From contig JASFQK010000025.1 in NCBI GenBank assembly GCA_050115495.1, positions 1 through 64,000 on the forward strand: DNA of 64,000 nt, read 5' to 3'. Source of the DNA: Phycisphaerae bacterium (GTDB lineage: Bacteria; Planctomycetota; Phycisphaerae; UBA1845; Fen-1342). The notes under the pieces are model-generated. The model worked only from the letters and a program-made list of their open reading frames with translations. It was not told the DNA's origin and ran no database searches. Shown here one piece after another: positions 20,517-32,181 of this stretch; position 1 is the stretch's first letter; every line of letters begins with the position of its first letter. A program made the translations under genes and the position numbers.

Positions 20517-20533
20517 CCTGCCGGCCAGGGAAT

Positions 20534-20560
20534 CGGGCGGCGGGAAGCTCCCGCCGCCCG
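20534..20560. terminator. 12-bp GC hairpin (terminator or REP) after the DUF1579 gene
   Basis: CGGGCGGCGGGA-agc-TCCCGCCGCCCG; no clear U-tract. Confidence 0.45.
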
Positions 20561-20593
20561 TGCCAACGCGCCGCCACGACCTCCGTTCCCGGG

Positions 20594-21220
20594 CTACTTG
20601 CGGCGCGTATAGACGATCTCCATGATCTTGAATTCGTCCGCTCCGGCGGGCTTCTCGTACATCTCCAGGACCAGCCGGTCCGACGATTCCTCGCGCCAGA
20701 CCGTGCGCGACATCTTGTCCCGCTCGCCGGTCATGGGGTCGTCGGTGAAACCGTAGTAGGTGACAACCTTGCCGGTGGCGTCCGGCGAGCCGAGCGACAG
20801 GTACATGCCCGTGCTCATGCTGTCGATCCACAGCGAGACGTATTTCTTCTTCAGGTTGTCGTAGCCGATCAGGTCCAGGCCGTCGAAGGCCATCTCCGGC
20901 GCGTCGCACTTGTAGTCCTGCTGGAGGTAGCGGCCGTCGAGGATCGTCTTGAACACGGCCTCGGCCTTGGACTCCATCACCGGGGCGCCCGGCGCCGGCC
21001 ACATCCGCGAGACAGCATCCCACGTGCCGACGAAGCTCGCGAGGTGCTCGTGCTCGGGCCCCTTCGCGTTCACCTCGACCCACTTGGCCATCATTTCGTC
21101 GAACTGCGGCTCCGCCGGCGGCGTGGCGGGTTTGTCCTGAGACCAGCCCGGCCCCGCGAACATCGCCAGCACCGCCACCAGGGCAACCAGACCCACGACC
21201 ACTTTCATTCTCGAACCCAT
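20594..21220 (-). CDS. DUF1579 family secreted protein
   Basis: Signal peptide; GPEHEHLASFVGTW, ILDGRYL, GYDNLKKKYVSLWIDSMSTG and MEIVYTR match DUF1579. Confidence 0.85.
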   Translation of the reverse strand: MGSRMKVVVGLVALVAVLAMFAGPGWSQDKPATPPAEPQFDEMMAKWVEVNAKGPEHEHLASFVGTWDAVSRMWPAPGAPVMESKAEAVFKTILDGRYLQQDYKCDAPEMAFDGLDLIGYDNLKKKYVSLWIDSMSTGMYLSLGSPDATGKVVTYYGFTDDPMTGERDKMSRTVWREESSDRLVLEMYEKPAGADEFKIMEIVYTRRK

Positions 21221-21555
21221 GCTCGTTCTCCTGACATCTGACTGCGTGAACTGTGTCCTTCGGCCGAAGCACCTCGGCCCGCCAGGCGGGCAGTCTACCG
21301 GAATCCGGAATACCAAACAAGAGCCTAACTCATAGAATTTGTCGGCTACGCGGCCGGGCTGCGGTTTGGCAGGAAAAGCGGTACAATATGCCGCCTCAGA
21401 AGGGTATAGCGCGGGCAACGGATTGGCCGCGGTGCGCGGCGTGGCAGGCGCTGCCGGGACCTGCCGACATCGGGGGGCCGTTCCGGACCGATCCGTCCCG
21501 CTGAAGAGACAGACGGCGCGCGGTGCAGCAACCGCAGCCAAGGCCTGGAGCGCGA

Positions 21556-24270
21556 ATGAGCGACGCAACGACATCGCCGAGCAATTCCTCGATGGAGATT
21601 CCGACACCCATCTCGCAGGAGATGCAGGAGTCATACCTCACTTACGCCATGAGCGTCATCATGGCCCGGGCCCTGCCCGACGTCCGCGACGGCCTCAAAC
21701 CTTCGCAACGCCGCATCCTCGTGGCCATGCACGACCTCAACCTCAACCCGCGGGCCAAGCACCGCAAGTGCGCCAAGATCTGCGGCGACACGGGCGGCAA
21801 CTACCACCCGCACGGCGACGGCGTCATCTATCCCACGCTCGTCCGCATGGGCCAGGAGTGGAGCCTGCGAGCCACGCTCGTCGATCCGCAGGGCAACTTC
21901 GGCAGCATCGACGGTGATCCGCCGGCGGCCATGCGTTATACGGAGGCCCGGCTGGCCCCGCCCGCCGAGCTGATGCTCGACGACATCGACAAGGAAACGG
22001 TCGACTTCGAGGACAACTACGACGGCACGCGGCAAGAGCCCGTCGTTCTGCCGAGCAAGTTCCCGAACCTGCTGGTGAACGGCTCGGAGGGCATTGCGGT
22101 CGGCATGGCCACGCGCCTGCTGCCGCACAACCTGGGCGAAATCTGCGACGCGGTCGTGGCCATTATCAACCGCCCGGAGATCACCACCGACGAGCTGATG
22201 AAGATCGTGCCGGGGCCGGACTTCCCGACGGGCGGGGTCATCTGCGGCACGGCGGGCATTCGCGAGGCGCACGAGACGGGCCGCGGGGCGCTGAAGGTCC
22301 GCGGTGTGCTGCACACGGAAGAGACCAAGTCGGGCCGCACGCAGATCGTGGTCGACGAGATCCCCTACGGCATCCTCCTGCCGACGATCAAGGACCGCAT
22401 CCTGGACATGATCCAGAACGGCACGATCAAGGGCATCGAGGACCTGCGCGACGAGTCGGGCCGGGACCAGATGGTGAAGCTGGTCATCGCCCTGAAGAAG
22501 GACGCCGACCCGCAGATCGTCATCAACCAGCTCTGGCGCTACACGCCGCTGCAGTCGAACATCTACGCCATGAACGTTGTGCTGGTTAACCGCGTGCCGA
22601 GGACGCTGAGCCTCCGGCAGCTCATCGACCAGTTCATCGAACACCGGGTAATCGTCGTCCGCCGGCGGACGGCCTTCCTGCTGCGCAAGGCCCGCCAGCG
22701 GGCGCATGTGCTCGAAGGGTTGATCCTCGCCGTGGCCGACATCGACGAGATCATCCGGCTGATCCGCGAGTCGCCGGACGTGGAAACGGCTCGCCAGCGT
22801 TTGATGGCCAAGCCGCTACGGCTGAGCGAGGCGGCGACGGTCCGCCGGCTGCTGCCGGAGGCGTTCGTGCAGCGGGCTACGGCGGCGGACCAGCACCTGA
22901 CCCGCACGCAGGCCGACGCCATCCTGTCCATGCAGCTCCGCCGGCTCACCGGGCTGGAGATCGAGCAGCTCGCCGCGGAGTACAGCAAGCTGGTCGAGGA
23001 AATCACCGATTTCGAGTTGATTCTGGCCGATCCGCGGCGTGTGCTGGACATCATCGCCGAGGACATGCACGAGCTGAAGCAGCGCTTCAGTGAGCCGCGG
23101 CGGACGCACATCGGCGGCGACGTGGACGCCCTCAACCTGGACGAGCTGATCCAGGAAGAAACGGTCGTCGTCATCATCTCGCACGAGGGTTACATCAAGC
23201 GCGTGCCGCTGGACACCTTCCGCAGCCAGGGGCGCGGCGGGCGCGGCGTACGCGGCACCGAGGCGAAGGACGGCGACTTCATCGAGCACATGCGCGTCGC
23301 GTCGACGCACGACTACCTGCTCGTGCTGACCAACCGCGGGCGGCTCTACTGGCTGCGCGTGTACGACATTCCCAGCCTGCAGCGCACCAGCCGCGGGCGT
23401 TCGCTGGCCAACGTCATCACCATGCAGGCCAACGAGCGGCATGTCGCCGTGCTGGCCGTGCAGCAGTTCGACGACGACCGCTTCGTCTTCTTCGCCACCG
23501 AGCGGGGCACCGTGAAGAAGACGCCGCTGTCGGCCTTCTCGCACCCGCGCGCCAGCGGCATCCAGGCCATCACCATGGACCTGGACGATTCGCTCATCAA
23601 GGTGTCGCTGAGCAACGGCAAGCAGCAGATCGTGCTCGGCACGCGACAGGGTATGGCCTGCCGCTTCAACGAGACGGACGTGCGGCCGATGGGGCGCTCG
23701 GCCCGTGGCGTGCGCGGCATCGACCTGCGCGGCGACGACCAAGTCATCGATATGGTGGTCATCGAACCCGGCATGAGCCTGCTGACCGTCTGCGAGCGCG
23801 GCTACGGCAAGCGCACCGACATCGACGAGTACCGCCTGACCCGCCGCGGCGGCAAGGGCGTGATCAACATCCGCGCCTCCGAGCGCAACGGTCCGGTGAT
23901 CGCTCTGCGAGCCGTCACCGACGAGCACGCCCTCATGCTCATCACGGGCAAGGGCACGCTGCTACGCACGGACCTGAGCGAATTGCGTGAGATCGGCCGG
24001 GCCACGCAGGGTGTGCGCCTGATCCGCGTCGACGAGGACGATCAGGTCGTCGCCGTCGCCCGCGTGATCACCGAGAAGGAAGAGTTGGAAATCGACGGCA
24101 CCGCCGAAGAGACTCCGGCCGCCGAGACAGCGGCGCCGGCGGAACCCGCCGACGAGGCCGAACTCCCGGATGCGAAGGATGAAGCAGAGGTCGACGAGCC
24201 GCTCGACGAAGAGAACGTGGGCGACGACGAGCCTGCGGACGACGACGACGCGGACGATACCGAAGCGTAG
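21556..24270 (+). CDS. gyrA: DNA gyrase subunit A
   Basis: RALPDVRDGLKP, HPHGD, catalytic AAMRYTE, GyrA-box QGRGGRG, beta-pinwheel repeats and an acidic tail. Confidence 0.96.
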   Translation: MSDATTSPSNSSMEIPTPISQEMQESYLTYAMSVIMARALPDVRDGLKPSQRRILVAMHDLNLNPRAKHRKCAKICGDTGGNYHPHGDGVIYPTLVRMGQEWSLRATLVDPQGNFGSIDGDPPAAMRYTEARLAPPAELMLDDIDKETVDFEDNYDGTRQEPVVLPSKFPNLLVNGSEGIAVGMATRLLPHNLGEICDAVVAIINRPEITTDELMKIVPGPDFPTGGVICGTAGIREAHETGRGALKVRGVLHTEETKSGRTQIVVDEIPYGILLPTIKDRILDMIQNGTIKGIEDLRDESGRDQMVKLVIALKKDADPQIVINQLWRYTPLQSNIYAMNVVLVNRVPRTLSLRQLIDQFIEHRVIVVRRRTAFLLRKARQRAHVLEGLILAVADIDEIIRLIRESPDVETARQRLMAKPLRLSEAATVRRLLPEAFVQRATAADQHLTRTQADAILSMQLRRLTGLEIEQLAAEYSKLVEEITDFELILADPRRVLDIIAEDMHELKQRFSEPRRTHIGGDVDALNLDELIQEETVVVIISHEGYIKRVPLDTFRSQGRGGRGVRGTEAKDGDFIEHMRVASTHDYLLVLTNRGRLYWLRVYDIPSLQRTSRGRSLANVITMQANERHVAVLAVQQFDDDRFVFFATERGTVKKTPLSAFSHPRASGIQAITMDLDDSLIKVSLSNGKQQIVLGTRQGMACRFNETDVRPMGRSARGVRGIDLRGDDQVIDMVVIEPGMSLLTVCERGYGKRTDIDEYRLTRRGGKGVINIRASERNGPVIALRAVTDEHALMLITGKGTLLRTDLSELREIGRATQGVRLIRVDEDDQVVAVARVITEKEELEIDGTAEETPAAETAAPAEPADEAELPDAKDEAEVDEPLDEENVGDDEPADDDDADDTEA

Positions 24271-24280
24271 CCGCCCGGCG

Positions 24281-24928
24281 CTACCGCCGCCGAACGCTCA
24301 CCGCCAATCCGCAACCGATCGGCAGCCACGTCGTGGCCAGCGCTGGATGATCGCGCAGCGCTCGGTTGTACGCGTCGATCGCGGCTGCCCAGTGGCGGGC
24401 GCTCTCGGGCAGGTCGTATACGGGGAACAACACGTCATCACTGATGAGCACGCCGCCCGGCTCCAGCAGCGCGACGAGCTGCGGCAGCATGGGCTCGTAG
24501 AGCTCCTTGTCGGCGTCCTGGATGATGAGGCCGTACGGCTCGTTCACCGACGCCACGTACTCGCGGGCGTCGGCGTGCACGACGGTCACCGTGTCGGCGA
24601 GGCCGGCGGCGGTCACGTTCGCCCGGGCTCGCGAGGCGATGTCGGCGTCGATCTCGACCGTGGTCAGATGCCCGTCCCAACTCTGTGCGGCCCGGCCCAG
24701 GGCGATAGCCCCATGCCCCAGCGACGTTCCCACCTCCAGCATCCGCCGCGGTCGAACAGTGCTGGCCACGACGGTTACCAGCCCCGCCGCCAGCAGGCCC
24801 AGTGGCGGCTGTGTGCGTAGGTCCGCCGGTATCGCTCCGCACCAGCTTTCGTCGCTCAGCTCTGCCGGCAGTAGCGATTGGGCGTACTCGGCCGCCCGCG
24901 GCTCGATGAAGGGTTCGTCGTGGGACAT
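24281..24928 (-). CDS. SAM-dependent O-methyltransferase
   Basis: LEVGTSLG motif I, DADKELY, GGVLISDDVL, PIGCGL. Confidence 0.9.
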   Translation of the reverse strand: MSHDEPFIEPRAAEYAQSLLPAELSDESWCGAIPADLRTQPPLGLLAAGLVTVVASTVRPRRMLEVGTSLGHGAIALGRAAQSWDGHLTTVEIDADIASRARANVTAAGLADTVTVVHADAREYVASVNEPYGLIIQDADKELYEPMLPQLVALLEPGGVLISDDVLFPVYDLPESARHWAAAIDAYNRALRDHPALATTWLPIGCGLAVSVRRR

Positions 24929-24958
24929 ATCGCGGCTGACTCCCGGCGTGTCGGCAGC

Positions 24959-26419
24959 TCAGGACACGTCTTCGCGGGCTCCGACGCGGTGCACGAGCGT
25001 CGTGTCCGTTGCTCCCGGCGTTCGAGGCCGCCGCGAGGTGACCACGACGACCAGGTCATCGACGAGAGCCAGCTTGCGGTCGAGCAGGATGCGGTCGAGC
25101 GTTTGCGCCATTTCCGCCGGGTCGCTCATCGGTTCGACGCGGATCGGCAGCACGCCGTAGAGGAGGTTCATCTGGCGGCAAACGCGCTCGTCGTACGCCA
25201 GGCCGACGACGGGCATCGGCAGCCGGTGCGTGGCGACCATGCGCACCGTGGCTCCCGTCGCCGTCCACACCGCTACGACGCGTGCGCCCAGGTCTCGCGC
25301 CGCCTGCACCGCAGCGTGTGCCACGGCTCCCGTCGGACGGTAACGCCCGGTGACCGGAGCCGGTCCGACCGGCGGCGGTCGGTGCGTCAGGTATTCCTCG
25401 GTGGCGGCGGCGATGCGGTTCATCAGGTCGACGGCCTGCCCCGGGTAATGCCCCACCGCCGTCTCGGCGGAGAGCATCACCGCGTCGGTCCGGTCAAAGA
25501 TGGCGTTGGCCACGTCGCTGACTTCGGCCCGCGTCGGCATCGGACTGTTGACCATCGATTGCAGCATCTGCGTGGCGACGATGACCGGCACGCCGGCGCC
25601 CTGGCAGCGGGCGATGATATCCTTCTGGAGCAGTGGCACGCGCCAGAGATCCGTCTCCACGCCCAGGTCGCCGCGGGCGACCAGCACCACGTCGGTGTTG
25701 GCGATGAGCTCGTCGAGATGCTCCAGCGCTTCGGTCTTTTCGATCTTGATGATGACCCGCGGCCCGCCCCCCTGCTGCTTGATCAGGCGCTTGAGCTCGT
25801 ACAGGTCTTCCGGCTGCCGCACGAAGGAGAGGGCCACGTAATCCAGTTCGTGCTCGATCGCCCAGGTGAGGTCGCGGCGGTCCTTGTCGGTCAGGGCCGA
25901 CACCGCCAGGCGCGTGTCGGGCAGGTTGATGCCCTTGTGATCGCTGATCGTGCCGCCCGTTGTGCACGTGCAGACGAGCTCATCGCTGCCGTGCTCGACC
26001 ACCAGCAGGCGGACGAGGCCGTCGTCGATGTAGAGGCGCTGGCCGACCTGGACTTCATCGACGAGCGTGGGCAGGTTGGTGCTGAGGCAATCCACGCGGC
26101 ACGGGGCCTCGCCGCGCACGATGCGCACCGTCTGCCCCGCGGGCAGCTCGACCGGCCCGTCCGGAAACGACCCCAACCGAATCTTCGGCCCGCACAAATC
26201 GCCGATGACGCACAACGGCACATCCCGTTCGGCGGCGACGCTGCGGATCAGCTCCAGCGACCGCCCGTGACTCTCCAGATCGCCGTGGCTGAAATTCAGC
26301 CGGCAGGCGTCGAGTCCGGCGTCCAGCATCTCCAACAGCCGCTCGCGGCTCGTGCTGGCCGGTCCGAGCGTGGCGACGATCTTCGTCTTGAAGAGGCTGC
26401 CCGTGCCCGTCTTGTTCAT
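24959..26419 (-). CDS. pyk: Pyruvate kinase
   Basis: KTKIVATLGPAS, RLNFSHG, ARGDLGVE, ATQMLQSM, PTRAEVSDVANA. Confidence 0.97.
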   Translation of the reverse strand: MNKTGTGSLFKTKIVATLGPASTSRERLLEMLDAGLDACRLNFSHGDLESHGRSLELIRSVAAERDVPLCVIGDLCGPKIRLGSFPDGPVELPAGQTVRIVRGEAPCRVDCLSTNLPTLVDEVQVGQRLYIDDGLVRLLVVEHGSDELVCTCTTGGTISDHKGINLPDTRLAVSALTDKDRRDLTWAIEHELDYVALSFVRQPEDLYELKRLIKQQGGGPRVIIKIEKTEALEHLDELIANTDVVLVARGDLGVETDLWRVPLLQKDIIARCQGAGVPVIVATQMLQSMVNSPMPTRAEVSDVANAIFDRTDAVMLSAETAVGHYPGQAVDLMNRIAAATEEYLTHRPPPVGPAPVTGRYRPTGAVAHAAVQAARDLGARVVAVWTATGATVRMVATHRLPMPVVGLAYDERVCRQMNLLYGVLPIRVEPMSDPAEMAQTLDRILLDRKLALVDDLVVVVTSRRPRTPGATDTTLVHRVGAREDVS

Positions 26420-26513
26420 CTCACTACCTCCACCGTCGCGGGCCGTCTGCGGCCCGGTCATTCCGCGTATCACGCTCCCGCGTCAGCGGGAGCGCTCGGG
26501 CGTCACGCGCTAT

Positions 26514-27983
26514 CTACGCGGCAATCGCCGGCCGGCGCGTGTGCCAGTCGGTTTCCCGTTCGTACAACCTGGCGACTTGCAGCAGGCCGCGCTCGCCGAA
26601 CGCCGGCCCAATGAGTTGCAGGCCGATCGGCAGGCTATCCTCGCTGAGCCCGCACGGCACGGACAGCGCCGGCAGCCCGGCCAGATTCACTGCCGCAGTG
26701 TACACGTCGGCGAGGTACATCTGGAGAGGGTCGTCCATCTTTTCGCCCAGACGGAAGGCCGTGGTCGGCGAAGTCGGACAGGCGAGCACGTCAACCTGGG
26801 CGAAGGCGTGGTCGAAATCGTCCTTGATCAGGCGTCGCACCCGCAGGGCCCGATCGTAGTAGGCGTCGTAGTAACCCGCGGACAGGGCGAACGTGCCGAG
26901 CAGAACGCGTCGGGTCACCTCCGCCCCGAAACCCTCTGCCCGCGAGGCGCAATACACGTCCAGCAGGGACTGGGCCCCTTCCGCCCGCCGGCCGTAGTGC
27001 ACGCCGTCGAAACGGGCCAGATTGCTGGAGCACTCCGCCATCGCCACGACGTAGTACGCGGCGATGCTGTACTGGGCGTGCGGCAGGTCCACATCGACGA
27101 TCTGGGCTCCCAGTCGGCGGTACGTGTCGAGGGCTGCCTCGACCGCCGACCGGACCTGCGGATCGAGGCCCGGACCGAACGACGCCCGCGGCACGCCGAT
27201 GCGCAGACCGCGGCAACGGGACTCCAGTTCGCTATCGGCGAGCGCGGCGGCGTAGTCGCTCACGGGCTCTTCCACGGACGTGTTGTCCGCCGGGTCGCGG
27301 CCGGCGATCACCGCCAGCAGTGCAGCGCAGTCGGCGACACACGTCGCCAGCGGGCCGATCTGGTCGAGACTGGAACCGTAGGCTACGAGTCCGTAGCGTG
27401 ACACGCGGCCGTACGTCGGCTTAAGCCCGACGATGCCGCAGAGTGCGGCCGGCTGGCGGATCGAGCCGCCCGTGTCGGAGCCGAGGGCCAGGGGGACGAT
27501 CCGGGCAGCCACCGCCGCACTGGACCCGCCGGACGAGCCGCCCGGTACGCGCTGCGCGTCCCACGGGTTGCGCGTGGGGCCGAAGGCGCTGTTCTCGTTG
27601 GACGAGCCCATGGCGAACTCGTCGAGGTTGGTCTTGCCGACGATGAGGGCGCCCGCCGCTTCGAGGCGGTCGATCACCGTCGCGTTATACGGGGAGACGT
27701 AGTCTCGCAGGATTTGTGAGGCGCAGGTCGTGTGGCCGAAGGTGGTGCACAAGTTGTCTTTGATCGCCACCGGCACGCCAGCAAGCGGTCCGACCGGCCG
27801 ACCCGCGGCCACGTCGGCGTCGATGCGCTCGGCTTGTGCGCGGGCGTGGTCGGCGGTCAGTTCGAGGAAGGCGTACAGTTCGGGATTGAGCCGGGCAGCA
27901 GCGGCCAGCGCCGCGGCACAAACATCCGCAGCCCGAGCGCGGCCGGCGGCCACTTCCGCAGCAATCGCTCTCGCCGTCTCCAT
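26514..27983 (-). CDS. gatA: Asp/Glu-tRNA amidotransferase subunit A
   Basis: [51 protein letters not shown] at 27983. Confidence 0.97.
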   Translation of the reverse strand: METARAIAAEVAAGRARAADVCAAALAAAARLNPELYAFLELTADHARAQAERIDADVAAGRPVGPLAGVPVAIKDNLCTTFGHTTCASQILRDYVSPYNATVIDRLEAAGALIVGKTNLDEFAMGSSNENSAFGPTRNPWDAQRVPGGSSGGSSAAVAARIVPLALGSDTGGSIRQPAALCGIVGLKPTYGRVSRYGLVAYGSSLDQIGPLATCVADCAALLAVIAGRDPADNTSVEEPVSDYAAALADSELESRCRGLRIGVPRASFGPGLDPQVRSAVEAALDTYRRLGAQIVDVDLPHAQYSIAAYYVVAMAECSSNLARFDGVHYGRRAEGAQSLLDVYCASRAEGFGAEVTRRVLLGTFALSAGYYDAYYDRALRVRRLIKDDFDHAFAQVDVLACPTSPTTAFRLGEKMDDPLQMYLADVYTAAVNLAGLPALSVPCGLSEDSLPIGLQLIGPAFGERGLLQVARLYERETDWHTRRPAIAA

Positions 27984-28203
27984 TGTCCGATGGCCTCCCG
28001 CGCCGGCTCGCCAACCGGCGGTCACGGCCTTGGCTCCCAGTTTCCGCGCAAACCCCCGCAGCCGCAAGAGCAGCCGAGCCATCCGCACACGGATTGGCGT
28101 CGGTGAAACGTCACCTTGAATCTCGCCGCGATGGTTGAGGAAGGCGGCGACGGCGGACGGGGATATGCGGTGTGACCGCCAACTGCGGCCGTGGCATCGG
28201 AAC

Positions 28204-28512
28204 TCAGGCGCTCGGCGGTGGTTTGAGAACAGGCGGGACCAGGAAGAAATCCCCCTCGCGCGCCGGAGCGCTGGCCAATGCTGCGGCGACGGGCATCGGC
28301 GTACCCGGCTCATCGTCCCGCAGGACGTTCGTCACCGGCAGCGGATGCGACAGTGGCGAGACCCCCGTCGTATCCACCTCGTCGAGCTGCTGCATGTACT
28401 GGAGAATCTGCGCTAACTGCGCGGTCAGCCGCGGCACCTGTTCATCGCGAACATGCAGCCGGGCCAGGCGGGCAATGCGACGAACCTGCTCCTCGTCAAT
28501 GATAGGCTTCAC
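28204..28512 (-). CDS. gatC: Asp/Glu-tRNA amidotransferase subunit C
   Basis: [30 protein letters not shown]. Confidence 0.95.
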   Translation of the reverse strand: MKPIIDEEQVRRIARLARLHVRDEQVPRLTAQLAQILQYMQQLDEVDTTGVSPLSHPLPVTNVLRDDEPGTPMPVAAALASAPAREGDFFLVPPVLKPPPSA

Positions 28513-28537
28513 GGGCGCCAGACCGCCGCGGTGCGGC

Positions 28538-28810
28538 TCAGGACTGGGCGGCCTCAGGCTCGGGCCGCTGCCAATCGCGCTTCGGCGGCTTGACGATCAG
28601 GCCGAGGCGAATGGCCTTGGCGCTGACGCGGATGCGCGTGATCTTGCCGTCGATCAACGCCCGCACACGCTGGATATTGGGCTTGAAGCGGCGTTTGCTG
28701 ATGCCGGTGACCTTGCGACCCACGCCGCCCAGGTACTTGGCCTTACCACGGCGGGCGATAGACCGGCCGAAGATCGTCTGCTTTCCGGTATAGGGACACC
28801 TGCGGGCCAT
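28538..28810 (-). CDS. rpmB: 50S ribosomal protein L28
   Basis: MARRCPYTGK...RGKAKYLGGVG...RRFKPNIQ...VSAKAIR. Confidence 0.96.
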   Translation of the reverse strand: MARRCPYTGKQTIFGRSIARRGKAKYLGGVGRKVTGISKRRFKPNIQRVRALIDGKITRIRVSAKAIRLGLIVKPPKRDWQRPEPEAAQS

Positions 28811-28889
28811 CGGGCCACCTCGCTGTCGCAATCCTGGTCACACTAGCTGCCACGGCCGGCCGGCAGCCGCGGCACGGCACGAGTCACGT

Positions 28890-28918
28890 ACTGTACCCCC
28901 TCCGAGCGGATAGGTCAA
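28890..28918 (-). promoter_or_regulatory. sigma70-type promoter of rpmB-gatCA
   Basis: TTGACC-N17-TACAGT on the minus strand. Confidence 0.6.
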
Positions 28919-29060
28919 TCCGTCGGCGGCCACTGGCCACGGGCGACGGGGCGGGTTAGAGTGTTGGGTTCTGGCGCGGATTGGGTCCGGCGGAGCCGGC
29001 AGGTTCCCCGAAAACGGGCTGGGCCCGGCACAAGGCCCTGGTTATGGGAGCAACCGCGAT

Positions 29061-30152
29061 ATGAGCAAGAAAGCCGCCATACCCTCGCCGTACAGCGAGC
29101 GCATCGCCGGCCTGCGGGCGCAGATGGTGCGCCGCGGACTGGACGGCTACCTGATCGTCAACCGGATGGACCAGTACTGGCTGACCGGGTTCACGGGTGA
29201 GGACGGGCAGGTGCTATTGACGCCCCGGGCGGTCGTTTTGCTGACCGACGGGCGGTTCAGCGAGGCCGCCGACCTCCAGGCCCCGTATGCCCGGAAGGTG
29301 GTGCGGAAGACGCGCACGCCGGCGACCAACGCCAAGGAGATCGCCCGCCACAAGCTGGGCAAGCTGGGTTTCGACCCTGACCACGTGAGCGTCGCCGACT
29401 TCACCGCCCTGAAGAAGCTGGTCAAGCCGACGAAGCTCGTGGCGGCGAGTGGTCTGACGCATGCCGCCCGGCTGCTCAAGGACGCCGGTGAAGTGGCCGC
29501 CATCCGCAAGGCGATCGACGTCGCCGAGAAGGCCTTCCGCCGGCTGTGCAAGTGGCTTAAGCCCGGCGTGACCGAACGGGAAGTGGCCGCGCGGCTCGAA
29601 TATGAAATGCAGATGCTCGGGGCGCAGGGGCCGAGCTTCTCCACGATCGTCGCGGTCGGGGCGAACTCGTCACTGCCGCACTACGAGCCCGGGACGACGG
29701 TCGTGGCCAACGGCCTGCCGATCCTGATCGACTGGGGGGCGCGGGTGAACTGGTATTGCAGCGATCTGACCCGCATGATCTGGCTGGGCAAGCCGCCGGC
29801 CAAGATGGTCGAAATTAACCGGATCGTGCACGAGGCGCACGACGCCGCCATCGCCGCCGTCCGGCCGGGCATGACCGCCAACGACGTGGACAAGGTCGCC
29901 CGCAACCACATCAAGAAGGCGGGCTACGGGCCGGCGTTCAGCCATTCGCTCGGACACGGCATGGGCTTGGACATCCACGAGCCGCCCTGGGTGCGCGTCG
30001 GCAGCGACACCGTGCTCGAGCCGGGTGCCGTGTTCACCATCGAGCCGGGCATCTACCTGCCGGGGGTCGGAGGCGTGCGCATTGAGGACGACGTGCTGGT
30101 CACCAAGACCGGCTGCGAAGTCCTGACGTCAATGACGATCGACAAACCCTAG
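29061..30152 (+). CDS. Xaa-Pro aminopeptidase (M24B)
   Basis: Creatinase-like N-domain; [34 protein letters not shown]. Confidence 0.93.
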   Translation: MSKKAAIPSPYSERIAGLRAQMVRRGLDGYLIVNRMDQYWLTGFTGEDGQVLLTPRAVVLLTDGRFSEAADLQAPYARKVVRKTRTPATNAKEIARHKLGKLGFDPDHVSVADFTALKKLVKPTKLVAASGLTHAARLLKDAGEVAAIRKAIDVAEKAFRRLCKWLKPGVTEREVAARLEYEMQMLGAQGPSFSTIVAVGANSSLPHYEPGTTVVANGLPILIDWGARVNWYCSDLTRMIWLGKPPAKMVEINRIVHEAHDAAIAAVRPGMTANDVDKVARNHIKKAGYGPAFSHSLGHGMGLDIHEPPWVRVGSDTVLEPGAVFTIEPGIYLPGVGGVRIEDDVLVTKTGCEVLTSMTIDKP

Positions 30153-30206
30153 GGCGGGCCGCGGCCGCGTCTGGCCGACCCGTCCCGGACAGCCGGGTAG
30201 AACAAC

Positions 30207-30650
30207 GTGATGGATATCAAGCATATCAAGAACCTCGTCCAGCTCATGGTGGAGAACGACCTGAGCCGCGTGGAGCTGCGCGAGGGCGACACCCACATTC
30301 TCCTGCGACGCGGGCAGGCACCGCTCGTTTCCACGGCCCCGGTCAGTGTTACCCCGGCCCCCAGCACCGCGCCCGCCCAGGCAGCGCCGCCCCCCAGCCC
30401 CGAGCCGGACGAGCACTACATCCGCTCGCCGATGGTCGGGACCTTCTACACCTCGGCCGATCCGGAAACGCCGCCGTTCGTCAACATCGGCGACCACGTG
30501 ACGGCGGAATCGGTCGTCTGCCTCGTCGAGGCCATGAAGGTGTTCAACGAGATCAAGGCGGACGTGGCGGGCCGGATCACCAAGGTGCTGGTGAAGAACG
30601 CCCAGGCTGTAGAGTTCGACCAGCCCCTGTTCGCCGTGGCCGCGAGCTGA
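30207..30650 (+). CDS. accB: Acetyl-CoA carboxylase biotin carboxyl carrier protein
   Basis: SPMVGTFY and the biotinylation motif EAMK. Confidence 0.97.
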   Translation: MMDIKHIKNLVQLMVENDLSRVELREGDTHILLRRGQAPLVSTAPVSVTPAPSTAPAQAAPPPSPEPDEHYIRSPMVGTFYTSADPETPPFVNIGDHVTAESVVCLVEAMKVFNEIKADVAGRITKVLVKNAQAVEFDQPLFAVAAS

Positions 30651-30678
30651 ACGGCGCAACGCAACGGACGCGAGTCGT

Positions 30679-32043
30679 ATGTTCAGACGGATCCTGGTGG
30701 CCAATCGAGGCGAGATCGCCCTGCGGATCATCCGGGCGTGTCGCGACATGGGCATCGAGGCGGTGGCGGTGTACAGCCGCGCCGACCGCGACGCCGCCTA
30801 CCTGAAGCTGGCCCACGATGCGATCTGCATCGGGCCCGAATCGCCGGCGCAGTCGTACCTCAACGCGGCCGCCGTGATTTCGGCCGCCGAGGTGGCCGAC
30901 GTGCAGGCCATCCACCCGGGCTACGGTTTTCTGGCCGAGAACCCGACCTTCGCCCAGATGTGCCGCGATTGCTCGATCGAGTTCATCGGCCCCAGTGCCG
31001 AGTCGATGCGCCTGCTGGGCAACAAGCTCGAAGCCCGCAAGCTGGCCCGCACGGCCCGTGTGCCCTCCGTCCCCGGCAGCCAGGACCCCGTGGCCAACGA
31101 GGACGAGGCCGTGGCCATCGCCGAGAAGATCGGCTTCCCCGTCATGATCAAGGCGGCGGCCGGCGGCGGCGGGCGTGGCATGCGGCCGGCGCACAACGAA
31201 GCGACGCTGCGCACCAGCTTCCGCAACGCCCGTACCGAGGCCGAGACTTCCTTCAAGGACGGCAGCCTGTACATCGAGAAGCTGCTCGAACGGCCGCGCC
31301 ACGTCGAGGTCCAGTTCATCGCTGACCGCAAGGGCAACTGCGTGCACCTGTGGGAGCGTGACTGCTCGCTCCAGCGGCGGCACCAGAAGCTGGTCGAGGA
31401 ATCGCCCTCGCCGCACATCTCGGCCCGCACGCGGCAGAAGCTCTGTACCGCCGCCGTGCGTCTGGCGAAGACGGCCGGCTATTACTCCGCCGGCACGTGC
31501 GAGTTCCTGGTGGACGCTGACGAGAATTTCTACTTCATCGAGGTCAACGCCCGCGTGCAGGTCGAGCACCCGGTGACAGAGATGGTCACCGGCGTCGATA
31601 TCGTGCAATGGCAGATCCGCATCGCCGCCGGCGAGCCGCTCAAGCTGCGGCAGGATGCCGTCCCGCAGAACGGAGCGGCGATCGAGTGCCGCATCAACGC
31701 CGAGTCGCCGGAGCACGACTTCCGCCCCTGCCCCGGACGGATCGAGGAGTTCATCCTCCCCGGCGGGCCCGGGGTGCGCGTCGACACGCACGCCTACGCC
31801 GGCTACGTCGTCGGCCCGCACTACGATTCACTGGTGGCGAAGCTCCTCGTGCACCGTCCGACGCGGTCCGAGGCGATCACCGCCATGCGGCGGGCCCTCG
31901 AGGAGTTCACGATCAGGCCCCTGTCCACGACGATGCCGCTCCACCAGGCTGTGATGGAGCACGCCGACTTCGTCAAGGGCAACGTCGACACGCAGTTCAT
32001 TGAGCGCACCTTCGCCCCCGGCGCACGCGGCCTCTCCGGCTAG
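30679..32043 (+). CDS. accC: Acetyl-CoA carboxylase biotin carboxylase
   Basis: [43 protein letters not shown]. Confidence 0.98.
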   Translation: MFRRILVANRGEIALRIIRACRDMGIEAVAVYSRADRDAAYLKLAHDAICIGPESPAQSYLNAAAVISAAEVADVQAIHPGYGFLAENPTFAQMCRDCSIEFIGPSAESMRLLGNKLEARKLARTARVPSVPGSQDPVANEDEAVAIAEKIGFPVMIKAAAGGGGRGMRPAHNEATLRTSFRNARTEAETSFKDGSLYIEKLLERPRHVEVQFIADRKGNCVHLWERDCSLQRRHQKLVEESPSPHISARTRQKLCTAAVRLAKTAGYYSAGTCEFLVDADENFYFIEVNARVQVEHPVTEMVTGVDIVQWQIRIAAGEPLKLRQDAVPQNGAAIECRINAESPEHDFRPCPGRIEEFILPGGPGVRVDTHAYAGYVVGPHYDSLVAKLLVHRPTRSEAITAMRRALEEFTIRPLSTTMPLHQAVMEHADFVKGNVDTQFIERTFAPGARGLSG

Positions 32044-32181
32044 ACTCTCGGCGCGGCAGGTGCTCGGCGACGGAAGACAAGGAAGTACGCAGGCGGTAAC
32101 CGACCGGCAATCGCGGTCGCGGGCTGCCGAACGGAATACGGCCACCCGCGCGATCGCGCGGGCCGTCGGAGGGCGTCGATC

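Noticed and set aside
27984..28203. 220-bp gap between gatC and gatA / N-terminally extended GatA; gatB absent
   Set aside because: The extension has no amidase similarity and I see no convincing structure or ORF in the gap. A split gatB is common.
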